From Lingula anatina (Eukaryota > Animalia > Brachiopoda), in the NCBI GenBank assembly GCA_051362555.1, contig CM120642.1, positions 30,380,001-30,444,000 on the forward strand: a stretch of 64,000 nt of DNA, given 5' to 3'. Position numbers and translations under genes: made by a program. Under the pieces are notes generated by a model, which worked only from the letters and a program-made list of their open reading frames with translations, had not been told where the DNA came from and did not search any database. Shown here one piece after another: positions 62,950-64,000 of this stretch (position 1 is the stretch's first letter; every line of letters starts with the position of its first letter).

Positions 62950-63962
62950 AATAGATTAAGGCTTATGTGTCTAGTATCTAATTTAAGATTCCATAAGAAT
63001 GATATGCAGTTTTCATATTCTCGGTTTAGATATGTGCACCGTTGTACACCTTTTCTTTAATCAAAATAATTTTCTTTCAGATGCTTCACAGGGATTATTG
63101 TGCTATGTGTAGTTATAGGCACCACATATGATATTATACACCAAAACAAGGACATCTTTCACAAACCACTGATTCCATATATCAGCGAAACAAAACCGGA
63201 CAGTAACGGTTCGGCGCCAACGGAGATCAACGAACGAACGCCGCTGGTCCATGGTCACAAGGAGGGTGGACATAGCAACGATAATGATGCCAGGGGCAAG
63301 TGTATAAGAAAATATTGATAACTGTACTATTGCTTTTGTAGCTTCAGTATGTATTTCTATGTGACTAAGCTGAACTGAATTGGTAATATCCATTGTTATA
63401 CCCGTTTTGTCTGTACTTACATATTTATACATAACTTTTTTCTTTCACTCACTGTCTCGTTCTCTTAAATGTTAAATATCCATGAAATTATTTATTTTTT
63501 ATGTATATCAATTAACAAATTGATTGATTTGTTGGTTGATTGTTTGTAGGCACAATGCACAAGATCCTTCTGGCGTTTTCTTTGTACACCAACGGTGCCA
63601 AAGTTCTGAATACCAAGCAAGGCAGTGGAGCTCTCACATGTATCAACGGAATACGGTTTTTGAGTCTCTCCTGGGTTATTTGGGGACACTCCTACGTTTT
63701 TGCAATGGGCGCAATTGGTAAGTTTATTAATGCATGTAGCTTTCTCAGATGTGCACTAGACTACTCGTGTCACGGTGTCTTGTAAGGATTACGTTTTGAA
63801 AGTATATGATTTTATGCGAGTAACACGGTGCGTATTTTCACCCAGATTAATCTTTTTTTTTCCAGAAAATATGCTTCCTTTTGCTCAGGACCTAATGAAA
63901 CGTTGGACGATGCAAGTGTTGGTTAACGGTACCTTCTCTGTTGATTCGTTCTTTTTGCTCAG
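59104..63962 (+). CDS. nrf-6: NRF-6-like / O-acyltransferase-like protein (NRF domain + Acyl_transf_3), 3' end outside window
   Basis: Signal peptide; VSETC..WALK|MFDASAKIPSAILDG..WLGSYSEC..GQYC; GVCVPSGCS; AFSLYTN..LTCINGIRFLSLSWVIWGH; NGTFSVDSFFLL. Seven exons join in frame. Start could be 59068, 59092 or 59104. Confidence 0.88.
60514..60562. repeat. (AAT)n microsatellite
   Basis: Perfect trinucleotide run in intron 1 of the nrf-6-like gene. Confidence 0.95.
62917..62947. repeat. (GA)n microsatellite
   Basis: Perfect GA run in an intron. Confidence 0.9.
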
Positions 63963-64000
63963 GTAAGTAACACTGATACATCCGTGCAGACAGTTATCTG

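Overview
AT-rich animal genomic DNA with spliceosomal introns, probably a lophotrochozoan invertebrate (inference). Bases 1-37092 are a nested pile of DNA transposons. Three near-identical head-to-tail copies of a ~9.75-kb EnSpm/CACTA-type (CMC) element (CCCAGATAGCATG termini, 2-bp TSDs) each carry a DDE transposase and an 11-exon DUF4806-like accessory gene. Copy 1 has an intact transposase. Copy 2's transposase is interrupted by an intact 8-kb ISL2EU transposon (THAP-DDE transposase plus SWIM-YqaJ nuclease, ~845-bp TIRs, AT TSD). Copy 3's is interrupted by a 3.2-kb non-autonomous CMC element (TG TSD). The junctions point to one self-insertion 38 bp from the element end followed by unequal crossover. 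The most unusual observation is that both unrelated autonomous transposons carry paired tRNA-like cassettes with well-paired acceptor, D and T arms but abnormal anticodon arms, each in sense orientation upstream of the transposon genes. Bases 37.1-64 kb hold host genes: CCDC151/ODAD3, two tandem 3-RRM Sxl/ELAV-family genes with uninterrupted CDSs, a LAP1/LULL1 (TOR1AIP) gene, and the 5' part of an NRF-6-like acyltransferase. All family assignments come from motif recognition by eye; no database searches were run.
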